Shown in pieces: positions 32,610 to 42,104 of a stretch of DNA of 64,000 bases. Both the position numbers and the translations under genes were made by a program. The notes beneath the pieces were generated by a model. It was not told where the DNA came from and did not search any database. It was given only the letters and a program-made list of their open reading frames with translations. Each line of letters opens with the position of its first letter. The stretch's first letter is position 1. This DNA comes from an uncultured Actinomycetota bacterium (lineage in GTDB: Bacteria > Actinomycetota > Actinomycetes > Propionibacteriales > Nocardioidaceae): NCBI GenBank assembly GCA_963712875.1, contig CAVQJS010000001.1, forward strand, positions 57,085 through 121,084. Direction: 5' to 3'.

Positions 32610-34391
32610 ATGAGTTCCTCGAGCACGGCGATCCAGGGTTCGACCACCCGCGAGGGTTTCGCCGTACTCGGCGTCGGCATCCGGCGCGAGCCGAAGGTAT
32701 TCACCGTCGCCACCCTCGGGGCCGTGCTGTTCGGCGTGCTGACCGTGGCCGATGCGTGGGTGCTCGGCTGGTCCACCGAGCACGTGCTCATCCCGGCCTT
32801 CGAGAACGGCGAGATCGACCCCATCCTGCTGGTCTGGGTGGTCGCGCTGTTCCTGGGGGTGGCGATCCTCCGCGCGATCGGCATCGTGGCCCGGCGCCTC
32901 GGCGGCGGGATCATGTACTACCGGATGCAGTCGCACACGCGCCGTGCCGTCACCCGCCAATACCTGGCCCTGCCGATGGAGTGGCACCAGCGACACCCGA
33001 CCGGCCAGCTGCTGTCCAACGCCTACTCCGACGTCGAGGCGGCCTGGTCCCCGATCATGCCGCTGCCGATGGCGCTCGGCACCCTCGTGATGATGGTGGT
33101 CGCGGTCGTCCAGATGTTCGTCGCCGACCCGGTGCTGGCGATGGTCGGGGTGCTGGTCTTCCCGCTCGTGGTCGTGGCCAACCTCCTCTACCAGCACTAC
33201 TCCTCGCCGCTGATGACGCGGGCGCAGGGCCTGCGGGCCGAGGTGAGCGAGATCGCGCACGAGTCCTTCGACGGTGCGATGGTCGTCAAGACCCTCGGCC
33301 GCGAGGTCGAGGAGACCAGCCGCTTCCGCGACAAGGCCGAGGAGCTGCGCGACGTCAACATCCGGGCCGGCAAGATCCGCGCCGCGTTCGACCCCGTGCT
33401 CGCCAGCCTGCCCAGCCTCGGTGTCCTCGTCGTGCTCGCGGTCGGCGTGGCGCGCGTGTCCAGCGGCGACACCAGCGCCGGTGACGTCGTCACCGTCGCC
33501 TACCTCCTGACCATCGTGACCTTCCCGATCCGCGCGATCGGCTGGCTGCTCGGCGAGTTCCCGCGCTCGGTGGTGGGATACCGCCGCGCGAAGGCGGTGA
33601 TCGACGCCCAGGGCGCCATGGCCTTCGGCGCCGAGGAGCTTCCGCGCTCCGAGCGCGGCGCCCTCCTCGAGGTCGACGACCTCCACTACTCCTACGACGC
33701 GACCGCACCGTTGCTCAACGGCGTGAGCTTCGACGTCCAGCCCGGGCGCACCGTCGCGGTCGTCGGCGCGACCGCCTCGGGCAAGAGCACGCTGACCAGT
33801 CTGATGACCCGCCTCGTCGACCCCGACGCCGGGGAGGTCCGCGTGGACGGACTCGACCTGCGCGACCTGCGCCGGGGCGAGCTGCCCCGCAACGTCGCCC
33901 TCGTCGCCCAGACGGCCTTCATGTTCGACGACACCGTGCGCGGCAACGTCACCCTGGGGGCCGACGTGCCCGACGAAGACGTCTGGGCCGCCCTGCGCAC
34001 CGCCCAGGCCGACGGCTTCGTCGCTGCACTGTCCGACGGGCTCGACACGCAGCTGGGGGAGCGGGGCACCTCCCTGTCCGGGGGCCAGCGCCAGCGCCTG
34101 TCGCTCGCCCGTGCCCTCGTCCGCAAGCCGCGCCTGATGATCCTCGACGACGCCACCTCCGCGGTGGACCCGGAGGTGGAGGCCCGCATCCTCGCCTCGC
34201 TGCGCAGCGACATGGGCGGCTCGGCCTCCTCGCTCGTGGTCGTGGCCTACCGCAAGGCGACCATCTCCCTGGCCGACGAGGTCCTGCACCTCGACGCCGG
34301 CCGCATCGTCGGCCGCGGCACCCACGCCGAGCTCATCGCGTCCAGCCCGGACTACGCCCGCCTCGTCAACGCCTACGAGGTGGAGGTCTGA
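32610..34391 (+). CDS. ABC exporter, fused permease/ATPase (heterodimer subunit 1)
   Basis: TM domain plus GATASGKST and LSGGQRQR; degenerate Walker B LDDATS and no H-loop His (VAYR). Confidence 0.9.
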   Translation: MSSSSTAIQGSTTREGFAVLGVGIRREPKVFTVATLGAVLFGVLTVADAWVLGWSTEHVLIPAFENGEIDPILLVWVVALFLGVAILRAIGIVARRLGGGIMYYRMQSHTRRAVTRQYLALPMEWHQRHPTGQLLSNAYSDVEAAWSPIMPLPMALGTLVMMVVAVVQMFVADPVLAMVGVLVFPLVVVANLLYQHYSSPLMTRAQGLRAEVSEIAHESFDGAMVVKTLGREVEETSRFRDKAEELRDVNIRAGKIRAAFDPVLASLPSLGVLVVLAVGVARVSSGDTSAGDVVTVAYLLTIVTFPIRAIGWLLGEFPRSVVGYRRAKAVIDAQGAMAFGAEELPRSERGALLEVDDLHYSYDATAPLLNGVSFDVQPGRTVAVVGATASGKSTLTSLMTRLVDPDAGEVRVDGLDLRDLRRGELPRNVALVAQTAFMFDDTVRGNVTLGADVPDEDVWAALRTAQADGFVAALSDGLDTQLGERGTSLSGGQRQRLSLARALVRKPRLMILDDATSAVDPEVEARILASLRSDMGGSASSLVVVAYRKATISLADEVLHLDAGRIVGRGTHAELIASSPDYARLVNAYEVEV

Positions 34392-36208
34392 TGAGCTCAC
34401 CCACTGTCGTGAAGCCCCTGTCGGGCACCCGGATGGACACCGGCGAGGACATCGCCGCCATGGAGACGATCCGGCTCGGCATGAAGTACTCGCCCGAGCT
34501 GCGCGAAGGGCTGGGCTGGACCCTGGTCCTGGCGATCATCGCCTCCTGCGGCCAGGTCGTGGTGCCGATCGCCGTCCAGCAGACCCTCGACCGCGGCCTC
34601 AACGGCCCCGATGGGCCACGGATCGGATTCGTCATCTGGATGGGTGTGGCAGCGGCCCTCGCGGTCCTGGTCACCGGCCTCGCGTCCTACTTCATGACGA
34701 AGCGGCTCTTCACCACGTCCGAGCGCGGCCTTGCCACGCTCCGCACCAAGGCGTTCCGCCACGTCCACGACCTGCCGCTGCTGACGCAGAACACCGAGCG
34801 TCGCGGCGCCCTGGTGTCGCGGGTGACCTCCGACGTCGACCAGGTCAGCCAGTTCCTCGTCTTCGGCGGACTGATCTTCGTCGTGAGCATCGGCCAGATG
34901 CTGGTCGCGACGGTCCTGATGCTGTTCTACAGCTGGGAGCTCGCCGCGGTGGTCTGGCTGGCCTTCGCCCCGCTGTTCCTCTCGATCCGCTGGTTCCAGA
35001 AGAAGCTCTCCGCGGCCTACACCGTCGTCCGCCACCAGGTGGGGGTCCTGCTCGGCGCGATCTCCGAGCCGGTCGTGGGTGCCGCCGTCGTGCGCTCGTA
35101 CGGCATCGAGGACCGCACCCAGGCCCGCATCGACGACGCGATCGTCGACTGGCAGCGGGCCAACACCCACGCCCAGACCTACACCGTCACGTCGTTCTCG
35201 CTGGGCGGTCTCTCGGCCGGCCTCGCCAACGCGGGCGTCATCGTCATCGGCATCCTGCTCGGCTTCACCTCCGACATGACCCCGGGTCGCGTGCTGGCCT
35301 TCGCGTTCCTGGTCACGCTGTTCGTCGGCCCGGTGCAGATGGGCACCCAGGTCCTCACCGAGGCGCAGAACGCCATCGCGAGCTGGCGGCGAGTCCTCGG
35401 CATCCTCGAGACGCCGGCCGACCTGATCGACCCCGGTCCCGACGGCGAGGTGCTGCCGCGTGGCCCGATCGACGTCAGGTTCGACCACGTCACCTTCGCC
35501 TATCCCACCGGCCCCCCGGTGCTCATCGACGTCGACCTCCACATCGATGCCGGCACCCGGGTGGCGATCGTGGGGGAGACCGGATCGGGCAAGTCCACCT
35601 TCGCCAAGCTCCTCACCCGCCTGATGGACCCCCCGGCCGGGGCGGTCCTGCTCGACGAGGTCGACGTACGCCGGATCGAGCCGACCTCGCTGCGCCGCAG
35701 CGTCGTGCTCGTCCCGCAGGAGGGCTTCCTCTTCGACGACACGATCGCGGCCAACGTGCGCTACGGCAGTCTCGATGCGACCGACGAGGAGATCGTGGCA
35801 TCAGCGGTCGAGCTGGGCATCGACGACTGGCTCGCAGGTCTGCCGAAGGGACTGCGTACGAAGGTCGGTCAGCGCGGTGAGTCGCTCTCCGCCGGCGAGC
35901 GCCAGCTGGTGGCCCTCCTCCGGGCGCACCTGGCCGATCCCGACCTGCTCGTGCTCGACGAGGCGACCAGCGCGGTGGACCCGCAGCTGGAGATGCAGAT
36001 CGGCCGAGCCCTCGAGCGGCTGATGCAGTCGCGGACGTCGGTCACCATCGCCCACCGGCTGTCCACGGCGGAGAACGCCGACGAGGTGATCGTGGTGGAT
36101 CGTGGCCGGGTGGTTCAGCGCGGACCGCACGCCGAGCTGCTCACCGAGGTGGGCGGCATCTACTCCACGATGCACGCCAGCTGGATCGCCCAGCACTCGC
36201 ACCAGTAG
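34391..36208 (+). CDS. ABC exporter, fused permease/ATPase (heterodimer subunit 2)
   Basis: TM domain plus GETGSGKST, LSAGERQ, LDEATS and IAHRLST. Confidence 0.9.
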   Translation: MSSPTVVKPLSGTRMDTGEDIAAMETIRLGMKYSPELREGLGWTLVLAIIASCGQVVVPIAVQQTLDRGLNGPDGPRIGFVIWMGVAAALAVLVTGLASYFMTKRLFTTSERGLATLRTKAFRHVHDLPLLTQNTERRGALVSRVTSDVDQVSQFLVFGGLIFVVSIGQMLVATVLMLFYSWELAAVVWLAFAPLFLSIRWFQKKLSAAYTVVRHQVGVLLGAISEPVVGAAVVRSYGIEDRTQARIDDAIVDWQRANTHAQTYTVTSFSLGGLSAGLANAGVIVIGILLGFTSDMTPGRVLAFAFLVTLFVGPVQMGTQVLTEAQNAIASWRRVLGILETPADLIDPGPDGEVLPRGPIDVRFDHVTFAYPTGPPVLIDVDLHIDAGTRVAIVGETGSGKSTFAKLLTRLMDPPAGAVLLDEVDVRRIEPTSLRRSVVLVPQEGFLFDDTIAANVRYGSLDATDEEIVASAVELGIDDWLAGLPKGLRTKVGQRGESLSAGERQLVALLRAHLADPDLLVLDEATSAVDPQLEMQIGRALERLMQSRTSVTIAHRLSTAENADEVIVVDRGRVVQRGPHAELLTEVGGIYSTMHASWIAQHSHQ

Positions 36209-36235
36209 GGCAGCCGGACGGGCGACGCGCCGGGA

Positions 36236-36718
36236 TCAGGAAGAAGCCAGGACCTGGCTGATGAGCGCGTCGACGTCGAAGTGGACGGACTCCTCGCCCT
36301 GCGGGACGACGGCGAAGCTGCGGGAGACGAAGTCGATGACGTCGGTGGACCGTGCCAGGAGCACCAGGTGGCCGTCGGGCGAGCTGAGCTCGATGCTGAT
36401 CATGGGTGCGCCAGTCAGGCCGATCGCAGGGGCCACGTGCACGTCGCCATCACCGGCCGGCGTGGTGATGCCCTCAGCGAGCAGGTCGCGACCGAAGGTC
36501 CACACGAGGTCGCCTTCCCCGGTGACGAAGGTCATCGCGACAGCGAACGGGTCCGAACGACGGTAGTCGAGGACGGCGTCGATGCTGTGGTGGATGCCAC
36601 GGTCGTCCACGCACTCGACGGTGATGTCCAGCGCAACGCCGGACAGAACCGGCCCGCTTCCCGACATGTTCATCAAGTTCCTCCTCAGTTTCCGACTGGA
36701 TTGCTCATGAGACGGCAT
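36236..36718 (-). CDS. SsgA-family (SsgB-like) cell division protein; start may be 36673
   Basis: LDY...DPFAV..F......VWTFGRDLLAEG...PAGDGDVHV.P...LSSPDG...VPQGEE; near tRNA-Val. Confidence 0.85.
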   Translation of the reverse strand: MPSHEQSSRKLRRNLMNMSGSGPVLSGVALDITVECVDDRGIHHSIDAVLDYRRSDPFAVAMTFVTGEGDLVWTFGRDLLAEGITTPAGDGDVHVAPAIGLTGAPMISIELSSPDGHLVLLARSTDVIDFVSRSFAVVPQGEESVHFDVDALISQVLASS

Positions 36719-36814
36719 CAGGCAGACCTCGTGACGCCGAATGGTAAAATTGTCGAGACCCGGTCCAGACCAGGTGTCCGGACGGCGCTAGGACGTGGTC
36801 GTTAGGGTCGGGCC

Positions 36815-37321
36815 ATGACGGGGGCAGCAAAGCGCATCGTGCTGGAGACCTTGGGGTGGGTGCTCCTGGTGCTGGGCGTCGCCGCCATCTTCCTGCCCGG
36901 TCCCGGCCTGCTCGGAATCTTCGCGGGCCTGGCCCTGCTCTCCCAGCAGTACGACTGGGCCGAGCGCCGCGTCGACCCGGTCCGGGTGCGGGCGCTGATC
37001 GGTGCCGCCGAGGGGGTCGAGACCTGGCCGCGCGTCATCGCCTCGTGCCTGGGCGCCGTCGTCCTGGCCGGCTTCGGCGTGCTGTGGATCATGAAGCCAC
37101 CGCCCCCGGAGTGGTGGTCCTTCCCGGAGTCCTGGTGGCTGCCCGGCGGGGTCTGGACCGGAGTCACGCAGATCGCCTCCGCTGGGATCGCGATCGGGCT
37201 CATCGTCTACAGCTACCGCCGCTTCCACGGCAAGCCCGAGGCCGTCGAGAAGCTGCGGCGGGAGAAGGACGGCGTCAGCGACGGCGACCCTGATTCCCGG
37301 TCGACCAGGTCCGTGGGATAA
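36815..37321 (+). CDS. PGPGW-domain membrane protein
   Basis: GWVLLVLG...LPGPGLL.IFAGLALLS.QY.WA motif. Confidence 0.75.
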   Translation: MTGAAKRIVLETLGWVLLVLGVAAIFLPGPGLLGIFAGLALLSQQYDWAERRVDPVRVRALIGAAEGVETWPRVIASCLGAVVLAGFGVLWIMKPPPPEWWSFPESWWLPGGVWTGVTQIASAGIAIGLIVYSYRRFHGKPEAVEKLRREKDGVSDGDPDSRSTRSVG

Positions 37322-37335
37322 AGTTCCGGCGACTC

Positions 37336-37407
37336 GGGCGATTGGCGCAGTGGTAGCGCGCTTCGTTCACACCGAAGAGGTCACTGGTTCGAACCCAGTA
37401 TCGCCCA
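37336..37407 (+). tRNA. tRNA-Val(CAC)
   Basis: GGGCGAT acceptor pairs with ATCGCCC; D arm GCGCAGTGGTAGCGC; anticodon arm CTTCG-TTCACAC-CGAAG; T loop GGTTCGAACC; followed by CCG rather than CCA. Confidence 0.96.
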
Positions 37408-37419
37408 CCGAGACCAAGA

Positions 37420-37492
37420 CCGTCTCTGACCTGCGAAAACAGCAGTTCAGAGGCGGTTCTGGTTTCGGCTCCGTGTCCTATACGTGTCCTAT
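37420..37492. repeat. Post-tRNA hairpin and tandem direct repeat (att-arm-like)
   Basis: CCGTCTCTGACCTGC-gaaaaca-GCAGTTCAGAGGCGG imperfect hairpin, then CGTGTCCTAT-a-CGTGTCCTAT. Confidence 0.55.
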
Positions 37493-37739
37493 CGACAAGG
37501 TTCCCTGAGCGTCGCTCCCGCCGTGGCGGCGCGGTCAGGAACCGCGGCGTGCCCACCGGCGAGCCTTCTGTGATCCACAGGCCGATCGACGACGGGCGAC
37601 GAGCTGCTCGATCACCAGGGTTGGCGGCTCTTGTGACGCACGAATCGACTATTGGGCAACAACGACGGCCGCTACTGCTGTGGACCCCACGCAGCACTCA
37701 GCGCCGAATCCCACGCGCGGCCGGCTGCGGTTCGGCCGA

Positions 37740-38762
37740 CTAGGTTGGTGCGAGGCACGTTGTGCTCCGAATAACTAGCTCGGTCTGCACGAGCGGCACC
37801 CGGGGCGATTCCTGACCATCGAGCGCACGAGTGACGAGGTCCACTACGTTGAGTGCGAGCTTCGCGAACGGTTGACGCACCGTGGTCAGGGGTGGATTGA
37901 AGTAGGCAGCCTCAGGTAGGTCGTCGAAGCCCACGACGCTCACGTCCTCCGGTACGCGACGGCCGTTGCTCACGAGCGCGCGGACGATCCCAAGTGCCAT
38001 CTGATCGTTCGCGGCGAAGACGGCGGTCACGTCAGGCTCGCGGGCCAAGGTCTCGCCGACGATGAAGCCACTCCGCGCAGACCAGTCTCCGGCCCAGCGA
38101 AGTGGCGGCACATCGCTGCCCCGCGACACGAGCTCGGTGCGCCACCCTTCTATTCGGGCCGCGGACTCCGCCCAGCCCGCCGGGCCTGCTACGTGGACCA
38201 CCGTCGAGTGGCCAAGGTCCAGCAGATGCGCGGTAGCGGCCCGCGCACCCTCCAGGTTGTCCACGCCGGCGGTGAGCGGTGTCGTGCTCAGGTCTCCTTC
38301 TACGACCACCACTGGGATGGCAGCCTCCAGATCGGGCACGATGGCCAGGATGTCGAGGTGGGGCACGACCAGCACAAGAGCCTCGACGGCTTGCTCCAGC
38401 AACTGGTCCACGGCAACCATGAAGTTGCGGGTGCTCACGTCTACGACATTGGCCGTGGTGAGCTGGTAGCCGGCCGCGCGAGAGGCCGTTTCCAGCCCCA
38501 CCAAAATGCTGGCTGGCCCATACTGGGGTAGGGCGGAGGTGACTACGCCCAGCAGTCCAGATCGGGCAGAGGCAAGCCGGCGGGCGGCGTCGTTGCGGCG
38601 GTATCCCAGCTCGTCGATTGCGTCGAGGACCCGCCCGCGAGTCTCCGGTCGGATGCCGTCGAATCCGTTGAGCACGCGGGACACGGTCTGATGGGAAACT
38701 CCGGCCTTCGTTGCGACGTCTACCATCGTCGGGCGCCGATGGCCCCTGCCCGCTTCGCTCAT
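37740..38762 (-). CDS. LacI family transcriptional regulator (probable arabinose repressor)
   Basis: PTMVDVA..AGVSHQTVSRVLN HTH; VSVVGFDD...PPLTTVRQ; divergent from the sugar ABC-ara operon. Confidence 0.93.
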   Translation of the reverse strand: MSEAGRGHRRPTMVDVATKAGVSHQTVSRVLNGFDGIRPETRGRVLDAIDELGYRRNDAARRLASARSGLLGVVTSALPQYGPASILVGLETASRAAGYQLTTANVVDVSTRNFMVAVDQLLEQAVEALVLVVPHLDILAIVPDLEAAIPVVVVEGDLSTTPLTAGVDNLEGARAATAHLLDLGHSTVVHVAGPAGWAESAARIEGWRTELVSRGSDVPPLRWAGDWSARSGFIVGETLAREPDVTAVFAANDQMALGIVRALVSNGRRVPEDVSVVGFDDLPEAAYFNPPLTTVRQPFAKLALNVVDLVTRALDGQESPRVPLVQTELVIRSTTCLAPT

Positions 38763-39189
38763 GGTGGCATCCTAGAGAGTCGCGTTCCCCGCACCGAAGT
38801 AGATGGCAGTTTTGGCTGATGCATGAGATGGGGCTGCGGTTCATCTGTGCCCACCGCTCGGATCTGGTCTGATCTCGGCACGCGAATAGTCCGCCTCCTG
38901 CTGAGGGGTGGGATGCAGCAGCCTGCGCAATGGACGTGGCGGCCGCGGCTGCGTCTCCACCGTCCGTGTCGCGATGACTTGCCGCTCGTCCGTCTTCTAT
39001 GTCGCGCGGCCACAACCTGGTGGGGCAGTCCCCGGTCGTTCAAGCAGTGCGTATGGTCCCAACAGCTCGTAGCCCAACCGTGAACTGGCGAGTCGGGACC
39101 GGCCAGAAGGAGCCACTGGGCAAGAAGGTCCTCGTGGGTGACCACTCGACGCCGCTCGACAGAGTCCCACAATTCATCTCGGTTTGCGG

Positions 39190-39250
39190 TTGACCTGTGA
39201 CGTCGGTTACCCGATACTCATCTGACCACGCGTGTTAACGCTAACACGCG
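39190..39250 (+). promoter_or_regulatory. Sugar operon promoter with LacI-type operator
   Basis: TTGACC-N17-GATACT, then palindrome CGCGTGTTAACGCTAACACGCG (39229-39250); half-site GTTAGCGCACA at 39281. Confidence 0.7.
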
Positions 39251-39369
39251 GGCGTGGCTAGGTTCGGCCCAGTTGAGATCGTTAGCGCACAGTGGTCACC
39301 CGAGTGTTTACCCGTGACACGTAGTCACCCCTCAGCGCACCCGCGCGGAGATCCCAAGGAGGAGAAGAA

Positions 39370-40377
39370 ATGGCGGCTCTTAAGCGCGCATCCCGAGGCG
39401 TGTTGACTCTCGCGGCAGCTGGCGCACTGATCGTCGGACTGAGCGCGTGCTCGGGCGAAGATGGAGATAGCACGGCGAGTGACAGTGGCGGCGACGACGT
39501 CACGACGGTCGGCTTCGTCGCGGTCGGCCCAGAGGGTGGGTTTCGGGACGCCAACGAGCAGGCCATCAAGGACGCGTTCTCCAAGGACGCCGGCTTCGAC
39601 CTGAAGTACGCTCCTGCTGCGAGCCCGACCGATCAGAAGTCGCAGCTCGACGCGTTCTCAACGTTCGTCAACGACGAGGTCGACGCGATCCTCCTCACCG
39701 CGACCGAGGCGTCGGGCTGGGACGACTCGCTCGAGCTTGCCCAGGAGGCCGAGATCCCCGTCATCCTGCTCGACCGCGGTGTCGACTCGAGCGACGACCT
39801 CTACCTCACGCGTATCGCCCCCGACAACGTTGAGGTCGCCGCCTCGGTCGGTGACTGGGCCGTGCAGACCTTCCCGGAGGGCGCCAAGTACTTCACGCTC
39901 GAGGGCGTTCCGGGTCTTTCGGTCGTGAACGAGCGCAACGAGGGCTTCGACCAGGTCATCGAGGGCGAGGAGGGCTGGGACAAGATCGGCGCGCAGACGG
40001 CCAACTGGACCGCTGACGAGGGCAAGTCGGTCATCGAGACCGTGCTGAAGGCGAACCCCGACCTCCAGTTCATCTTCGCGCAGAACGACGAGATGGGCAT
40101 TGGCGCGGCTGCGGCCGTGAAGGCCGCGGGCAAGGTTCCCGGCACCGACGTCAAGATCGCGACGATCGACGGCACCACGCCCGCGCTTGAGGCGCTTGCC
40201 GCCGGCGACCTGAGCTTCGTCGCACAGTACAACCCGTTCTTCGGCGACCAGGCTGTCGACGCAGTCAACAAGGCCCTCGCGGGGGACAGCCTCGAAAAGA
40301 TCATCATCGTCCCAGGTGAGACCTTCGATTCGCCGGAGGCCGGCCAGGCCGCGCTGGACGCGGGCAAGGGCTTCTGA
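39370..40377 (+). CDS. Sugar ABC transporter substrate-binding lipoprotein (YtfQ-like)
   Basis: Lipobox LSAC; GWDDSLELAQEAEIPVILLDR, FAQNDEMGIGA and IDG motifs. Confidence 0.9.
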   Translation: MAALKRASRGVLTLAAAGALIVGLSACSGEDGDSTASDSGGDDVTTVGFVAVGPEGGFRDANEQAIKDAFSKDAGFDLKYAPAASPTDQKSQLDAFSTFVNDEVDAILLTATEASGWDDSLELAQEAEIPVILLDRGVDSSDDLYLTRIAPDNVEVAASVGDWAVQTFPEGAKYFTLEGVPGLSVVNERNEGFDQVIEGEEGWDKIGAQTANWTADEGKSVIETVLKANPDLQFIFAQNDEMGIGAAAAVKAAGKVPGTDVKIATIDGTTPALEALAAGDLSFVAQYNPFFGDQAVDAVNKALAGDSLEKIIIVPGETFDSPEAGQAALDAGKGF

Positions 40378-40410
40378 TCCGACGCCACTGTGGACGATAG
40401 AAGACGTGAT

Positions 40411-40448
40411 ACGAGCGGGGGGTTGCCGCTTCAGCGACCCCCGCTCGT
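40411..40448 (+). terminator. Stem-loop after the SBP gene (terminator or mRNA stabiliser)
   Basis: ACGAGCGGGGGGTTGC...GCGACCCCCGCTCGT inverted repeat. Confidence 0.6.
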
Positions 40449-40496
40449 CGCCTTCCTCAGCCCGAATCCACGCAGGCAGCAACGAGGAGTCCAGCG

Positions 40497-42104
40497 ATGA
40501 TTGAACCAATCGCGATCGTCGAGGTTCGCGACGCGTCCATAACTTTTCCGGGCGTCAAAGCACTCGACGACGTCAGCTTTCGGCTTCTCCCCGGCGAGGT
40601 TCACACTCTCATGGGCGAGAACGGCGCCGGGAAGTCCACGCTCATCAAGGCGCTGACCGGGGTCTATCAGATTGATTCCGGCGAGATCATCGTCAACGGG
40701 GAGGTGCGCAACTTCTCCGGCACGGCGTCGGCCCAGGCCGCGGGGATCTCCACCGTGTACCAGGAAGTCAACCTGTGCACGAATCTGAGCATCGGTGAGA
40801 ACGTCATGCTCGGCCATGAGGTGCGCGGCATCGGCGGCGTCAACTGGCGCAAGACTCACGCGCAGGCGCGTGAGGCGCTCGCGCGCATGGGTCTTGGCGG
40901 TCTCGACCCCCGCGCCCCGCTCTCCTCGATCTCCATCGCGTTGCAGCAGCTGGTCGCCATCAGCCGTGCGATGGTCACCGACTCGAAGGTGCTCATCCTT
41001 GACGAGCCGACCTCGAGCCTCGATGCGAACGAGGTAGAGGTTCTCTTCGGTGTCATCCGGCGCCTCCGCGACCAAGGCGTCGCCATTCTCTTCGTCTCCC
41101 ACTTCCTCGATCAGGTCTACGCGATCAGCGACCGCATCACGGTGCTGCGTAACGGCCGCTTCGTCGGCGAGTACCTCACACGGGATCTCGACCGGACGCA
41201 ACTTATCTCGAAGATGATCGGCAAGGACTTCGAATCCCTCCGCGCGCTCGGCTCCAACCGGCAGACCCAGGTGCGCGATCGCACGCGGACGCCGATCTTT
41301 GCCGCGGAAGGCCTCGGCCGCAAGGGTTCGATCGAGCCCACCGATGTCGAGGTGCACGCCGGTGAGGTCGTGGGCTTCGCGGGCCTCCTCGGCGCGGGCC
41401 GCACCGAGCTCGCGCGCCTCATCGCCGGCGCCGACAAGGCGGACTCCGGCACGGTGAAGGTGCGCGGCAAGAAGGTGGCGCTGAACTCGCCCGTGGCCGG
41501 ACTCGCGCACGGCATCGCATACTCGACCGAGAACCGCCGCGAAGAGGGCGTCGTCGGGGACCTCAGCGTCCGCGAGAACATCGTGCTCGCCGTCCAGGCC
41601 CAGCGCGGATGGTTGCGCCGTGTGCCCGCTCGCGAAGTCGACCAGCTCGTCGCCACCTACATGGAGCGCTTCAGCGTGCGCCCCAATGACCCGAACCGTC
41701 CGATCCGCCTGCTTTCCGGCGGCAACCAGCAGAAGGTGCTGCTGGGCCGGTGGCTCGCGACGAACCCCGACCTGCTGGTGCTCGACGAGCCCACTCGCGG
41801 CATCGACGTCGGCGCGAAAGCCGACATCCAGGAGACCGTCGCCGAGCTTGCCGAAGGCGGAATGGGCGTCGTGTTTATCTCCTCCGAGCTGGACGAGGTC
41901 GTGCGCCTCTCCGAGCGGATTGTCATTCTCAAGGACCACCAGAAGGTGGGCGAGGTTGTGAACGGCCCGGAGGTGACCGCAGAGAGCATCGTCTCGGTCA
42001 TCGCCGCGGAATCAGGGGCGGATGCGGAAGCTCAGGCAGACGTCCTCGCCGAGGAGGTCGCCGAAGGCGACGCCGCAAACGAAGGGACCGCCCGTGATGG
42101 GTAG
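40497..42104 (+). CDS. Sugar ABC transporter double-domain ATPase (YtfR-like)
   Basis: GENGAGKSTLIK, LDEPTSSL, LSGGNQQKV and LDEPTRGIDVGAK motifs. Confidence 0.93.
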   Translation: MIEPIAIVEVRDASITFPGVKALDDVSFRLLPGEVHTLMGENGAGKSTLIKALTGVYQIDSGEIIVNGEVRNFSGTASAQAAGISTVYQEVNLCTNLSIGENVMLGHEVRGIGGVNWRKTHAQAREALARMGLGGLDPRAPLSSISIALQQLVAISRAMVTDSKVLILDEPTSSLDANEVEVLFGVIRRLRDQGVAILFVSHFLDQVYAISDRITVLRNGRFVGEYLTRDLDRTQLISKMIGKDFESLRALGSNRQTQVRDRTRTPIFAAEGLGRKGSIEPTDVEVHAGEVVGFAGLLGAGRTELARLIAGADKADSGTVKVRGKKVALNSPVAGLAHGIAYSTENRREEGVVGDLSVRENIVLAVQAQRGWLRRVPAREVDQLVATYMERFSVRPNDPNRPIRLLSGGNQQKVLLGRWLATNPDLLVLDEPTRGIDVGAKADIQETVAELAEGGMGVVFISSELDEVVRLSERIVILKDHQKVGEVVNGPEVTAESIVSVIAAESGADAEAQADVLAEEVAEGDAANEGTARDG

